The position numbers and the translations under genes were made by a program. This document shows, piece by piece, positions 61,601 through 64,000 of a stretch of DNA of 64,000 bases. Numbering within the stretch: position 1 is the first letter of the stretch; each line of letters begins with the position of its first letter. Source of the stretch: a virus (taxonomy: Duplodnaviria; Caudoviricetes); the IMG/VR virus record IMGVR_UViG_3300035208_003115. The stretch is one strand, 5' to 3'. The notes below the pieces were generated by a model. That model saw nothing but the letters and a program-made list of their open reading frames with translations, was not told where the DNA came from and made no database searches.

Positions 61601-64000
61601 CCAGCCCAAGAAAGAACCAACGTTGGCCTCAGTAAATAATTCTGCGCCGTACGACTGGCAGATTATCTCGAATTTCTCGCCTCCGCCTACATCAGTAACA
61701 AAACCATTGAAGATAGTGGGCATGTCAGCGGGGTTCGCTTCATACCCCATCTTGATTTGAATCTGAGTTCCGGGCTGTAAGAAGAGAGATTTAATAGCCT
61801 TGTTAGTAAACGGGCTAGTTATTCTATCTTCACTGTTTCTTCTATCTGCAGCATGACTTTCTTTTGCAAACCTGGCCTGTAGATCCGTCAATGCTCCATC
61901 GTGGTTATTCAGGGATAGATGGACGACTGCTGACGGAGAAGCTTTTTCTTTATAGAACCGAATCGACTCGCATGACCTATAGTCGTAGAAGTTATCAAAT
62001 AGAAACCATTCCGGTGAATTCTCTTCCCGGAAGTATATCTTGTAAGTCGGATATGCCCGCGTCATGGAGAAATATTTAGGATTATTTAAGATCCCATTAC
62101 GAGCCTCAGATACGATATCCGGGATGGTTTTCTCGATGTCAACATTAAAGTCTTTGAATGAGGAGCGGAACATTCTATGTTCGTACTCTGCCTCTGCGAT
62201 AACAAGGGGAGACGTTTCAGAGCCAAACGCACCCATTGACTTGACGAGGCTATTAGATAAGAAGAGATCATTGAGACTTCTGAAGGTGCCAAAGTTTACG
62301 GGAGAGCTAGACTTAAGGAGTCCTTGCTTTCTTAAGGCTCTCGCCTGTTTATTGGCGGCCTCTTTCAGCTTATCAATAGACTTTTCGGCATCTGTTTTAT
62401 TAATAGTTTGCTTGTTTTGATCAGAGGAGTTAGTAGCAGTCTCTTCTTCTTTTCCGATAACATGAAATTCATTGGAAACATAATTGACTGTTCTTTCAAT
62501 GGCCATACATATCGAACTGGCTCCGGTCAAGCGACTTAGCGAAGAGGCGTCTGCGCTAACATTCTCCTCAATCGTTTTTGTGTCTTTGTGCGTTGAGCTA
62601 CCTATAAACGGGCTATATGATCTCATATAGAATGTGGGGTCTGTCATCAGAACCGGAGACTTTAGCGAACCGTTTGGGTTGCGTAGTAAGTTGCCGTCAT
62701 TATCTTCAAGCTGATATGCGAATGGAATACCCAAATCTGTGTAACAGGAAATATATACAGATCCGTCTATGATATCCTGGGGAAGATAGTCCCCAGTAAA
62801 TGAAGATCCCTTGTTTGTGATTCCGTATTGAAGAAGTGTTTCTCCACTATAATAATAGTCTCTATATTCCTCGCGGAGTTTGGCCGCCATATTCTTATCA
62901 TATCTTTTAATCATGACGTGATTTACTTCTTTAGCTGCCAGAACTGGGTCAACAAAATCTCCACCCCATTTAAAGTATTTACGGGCTATAGCTCCAATTT
63001 GAGACCATACGGCTGACGAAATTGATGACTTCGATATTGCTACTCCATTTTGGATTACACTAAAGTCAACCCCAACTCCGAATGTATGAGATGAGTTTTC
63101 AAAGTCTACTGCGGGGGTTCCATCAGCCCGTAGTTCTTCAGTCTTATCCCGGGGCCTCCAGGCAGATATCATTTCGAGATCAATCCCCAACGAGGAATTT
63201 ACTTCTTCCTTAAAACTATTGAATAGACTTAAGATGTCTGCTCGCAGAACGAAGTCGAGACCGAAACGAGAACGATATTCCGTAAAGACTTTTCCTCTCG
63301 CCGGGAGGACTTGTTCCCTAGAGGTTTTAATTCCCAGTAAGCCGAGCTCCCATCTTAGGAGATGAGGGCTACGAATCATCATTTCAAACCGGCGACAATC
63401 TCCATAGAGAATTGTTTGGACAGCGCCTGCCAGAAGAAAGGCTCTTCGGTTCTTATCTTTAGAGTCTTCAGTCCCTCTGTTTTGGGCATTCAGAGACTCA
63501 TAATCAAAGTCTGGATTTTTCTTTGCTTGAAGCATCATGAATACAAGAAACTTGGCCCATAGAGGGTGCGAGGTGAGGGCAGACTGTCCTGTCATCATCT
63601 TCCATATTTGGTTGTAGGCCTTACGACGACTAAAGTTAACGGTATCGACTCTCTTCCCATAGCCAGAAGCAATATCCCCTGCGCTCATATTCCCCTGATT
63701 GGGACGGTTAGGGTCAACGACCATGGGGGCATTTGGATTATCTTTCCCAATATATTCTCCGAAAAGAGTATCAATGCGGAGATCTGGCATCCCGGCAGCC
63801 GTATCATAGAGTGTTTTAGCTGCGGCTATTGCGATGGTCCCATGCAACAGGGCAAGCTTCTCTAGTGTACTTGCTGCACTTATAGCTTTCTGAATCTCCC
63901 ATTTCTCCCCTTCTTTTAGCCATCTAATAAAAGCATTTCTTACTAGACGAACCATGCTTGGAATTAGAATTGTTTCAGTGTACGATGGATTAATCTCGTC
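58622..64000 (-). CDS. Baseplate hub / tail-associated protein with M15 peptidase domain, 5'-truncated
   Basis: Frame open to window end; SAWR...SSH..G.GVDF...WGGDF....E.NH; PGT.IQI.MGY..FNG.V; G.LVLLGNPEIKPYD.IYI.D......GP.EV..VTH. Confidence 0.85.
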   Translation of the reverse strand, partial: DEINPSYTETILIPSMVRLVRNAFIRWLKEGEKWEIQKAISAASTLEKLALLHGTIAIAAAKTLYDTAAGMPDLRIDTLFGEYIGKDNPNAPMVVDPNRPNQGNMSAGDIASGYGKRVDTVNFSRRKAYNQIWKMMTGQSALTSHPLWAKFLVFMMLQAKKNPDFDYESLNAQNRGTEDSKDKNRRAFLLAGAVQTILYGDCRRFEMMIRSPHLLRWELGLLGIKTSREQVLPARGKVFTEYRSRFGLDFVLRADILSLFNSFKEEVNSSLGIDLEMISAWRPRDKTEELRADGTPAVDFENSSHTFGVGVDFSVIQNGVAISKSSISSAVWSQIGAIARKYFKWGGDFVDPVLAAKEVNHVMIKRYDKNMAAKLREEYRDYYYSGETLLQYGITNKGSSFTGDYLPQDIIDGSVYISCYTDLGIPFAYQLEDNDGNLLRNPNGSLKSPVLMTDPTFYMRSYSPFIGSSTHKDTKTIEENVSADASSLSRLTGASSICMAIERTVNYVSNEFHVIGKEEETATNSSDQNKQTINKTDAEKSIDKLKEAANKQARALRKQGLLKSSSPVNFGTFRSLNDLFLSNSLVKSMGAFGSETSPLVIAEAEYEHRMFRSSFKDFNVDIEKTIPDIVSEARNGILNNPKYFSMTRAYPTYKIYFREENSPEWFLFDNFYDYRSCESIRFYKEKASPSAVVHLSLNNHDGALTDLQARFAKESHAADRRNSEDRITSPFTNKAIKSLFLQPGTQIQIKMGYEANPADMPTIFNGFVTDVGGGEKFEIICQSYGAELFTEANVGSFLGWICPPKAFIWWMLLDSKVKHLGRLVQASILPSTVTDFIDGPAFDDNIYIDQELEPGTWRLLQSYNADNMTKWDALQDIAAAHPGYICQVVPYDDRETVFFGRPDDWYKYTQDLGVTRQYMKLSLDLIPDLGGGWRSLNKKAPNSNKSVREKFQEEMANDATPEAKKPEFNYLQWMKVKDRIDQAFAKWRANHAEGAKGRTMSLLMDYCKVVDVLNTIGSDGSTGNIQFQLGTEEPQKSERKSDTRDFGLNSKEESPGPIYAKKETDPYEAEIARLAKELIKSQPSDPLKSEMLDHLDPVVRSSILKSLSGRTIPLLDFYRDTDVQTVYATLSRAKIQTTGIDQKDVALFDNLQGVLSRYDLILDEKKVKEELKNLATDIPFIGDQADFDKSLLGPMKKIYKKYGIESPLAVICWFKLSSIWQLLLGTFLPGGDKKTTSTSSRNPMDLNQITDETKNKNSISFEGHIPFNFYVNHRVGEITIKKLDNGSISFSGPIFRTDLKTHTVFRNILLQNLVDISGEFQKVLAEFGHSPIEKRFRNYHIASGYEHIVDNKICSNFTGMWNQVKVKYKRHDFMDYYTPFLPQLIFGDKLNNEFQIQAGETLDDRVTRELTIPVENAKTVKQARNYATSILAEGVRNMYGGRLVLLGNPEIKPYDVIYIHDDYTKMYGPIEVKSVTHVMSAENGFVSIIEPHAYLDILSQGMGPASLIKEVFDVAMLALLVVPGIGQAGALAKGGQAGASILSKQAVNKAAAQAFKKGKTLGNQLYKFVGSKYKSIAKTFDVATKEAVSSRTLKFMADKKIDNAKYKIITEINKARSLKDASIPQISKLTEANGMEVNAALKNIMRAKPGSSLEAEIDWMIAKGNFAATAGVTGGMVANGSKGAAKVLINKESWAALTKVSFLNMMKTLAVGGPIAYYQMFAGIDDPNYACPLRITPLSLMGKPFHAGLDGITHRGGIWENMAGEWRRLSGSVNTVAGALEEFYSSITGMNL

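Noticed and set aside
1-64000. Stop-codon reassignment
   Set aside because: Long genes are intact in code 11, and TAA, TAG and TGA all end genes that are followed by proper starts.

Overview
This is a 64-kb segment of a large tailed-phage genome, probably with a contractile tail, read in standard code 11 and mostly on the minus strand. From left to right: (i) 1-5.8 kb holds a truncated tRNA-His and recombination/metabolic genes (deaminase, UvsY-like, divergent AdoMetDC, RecA, Hjc-like and Vsr-like nucleases). (ii) 7-19 kb is a glycan-biosynthesis island with methyltransferases, a kinase plus nucleotidyltransferase-HAD, GT13-like, GT9, two GT4, Gmd and two tRNAs. (iii) 19-24.5 kb has two PD-(D/E)XK nucleases, a cold-shock protein and a primase-helicase fusion around back-to-back sigma70 promoters. 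(iv) 24.5-26 kb is a lysis cassette. (v) 26-30.3 kb is a second glycosyltransferase block, interrupted by an HNH endonuclease. (vi) 30.4-64 kb carries tail and baseplate genes, including a 2639-aa fibre with over 700 residues of nearly proline-free Gly-X-Ser/Thr collagen. The best candidate novel system is a phage-encoded virion O-glycosylation pathway using a Ser-Gly sequon: SG dipeptides are dense in the collagen and asymmetrically enriched in several non-repetitive virion proteins (28 SG vs 7 GS in the 1366-aa protein, counted by eye). Other notable items are an HNH insertion that duplicated and recoded the start of its target gene, a possible reverse-topology one-piece spanin, a recurring GTTAKAAT upstream motif and a split GT9. 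All family calls come from motif recognition only; no database searches were run.
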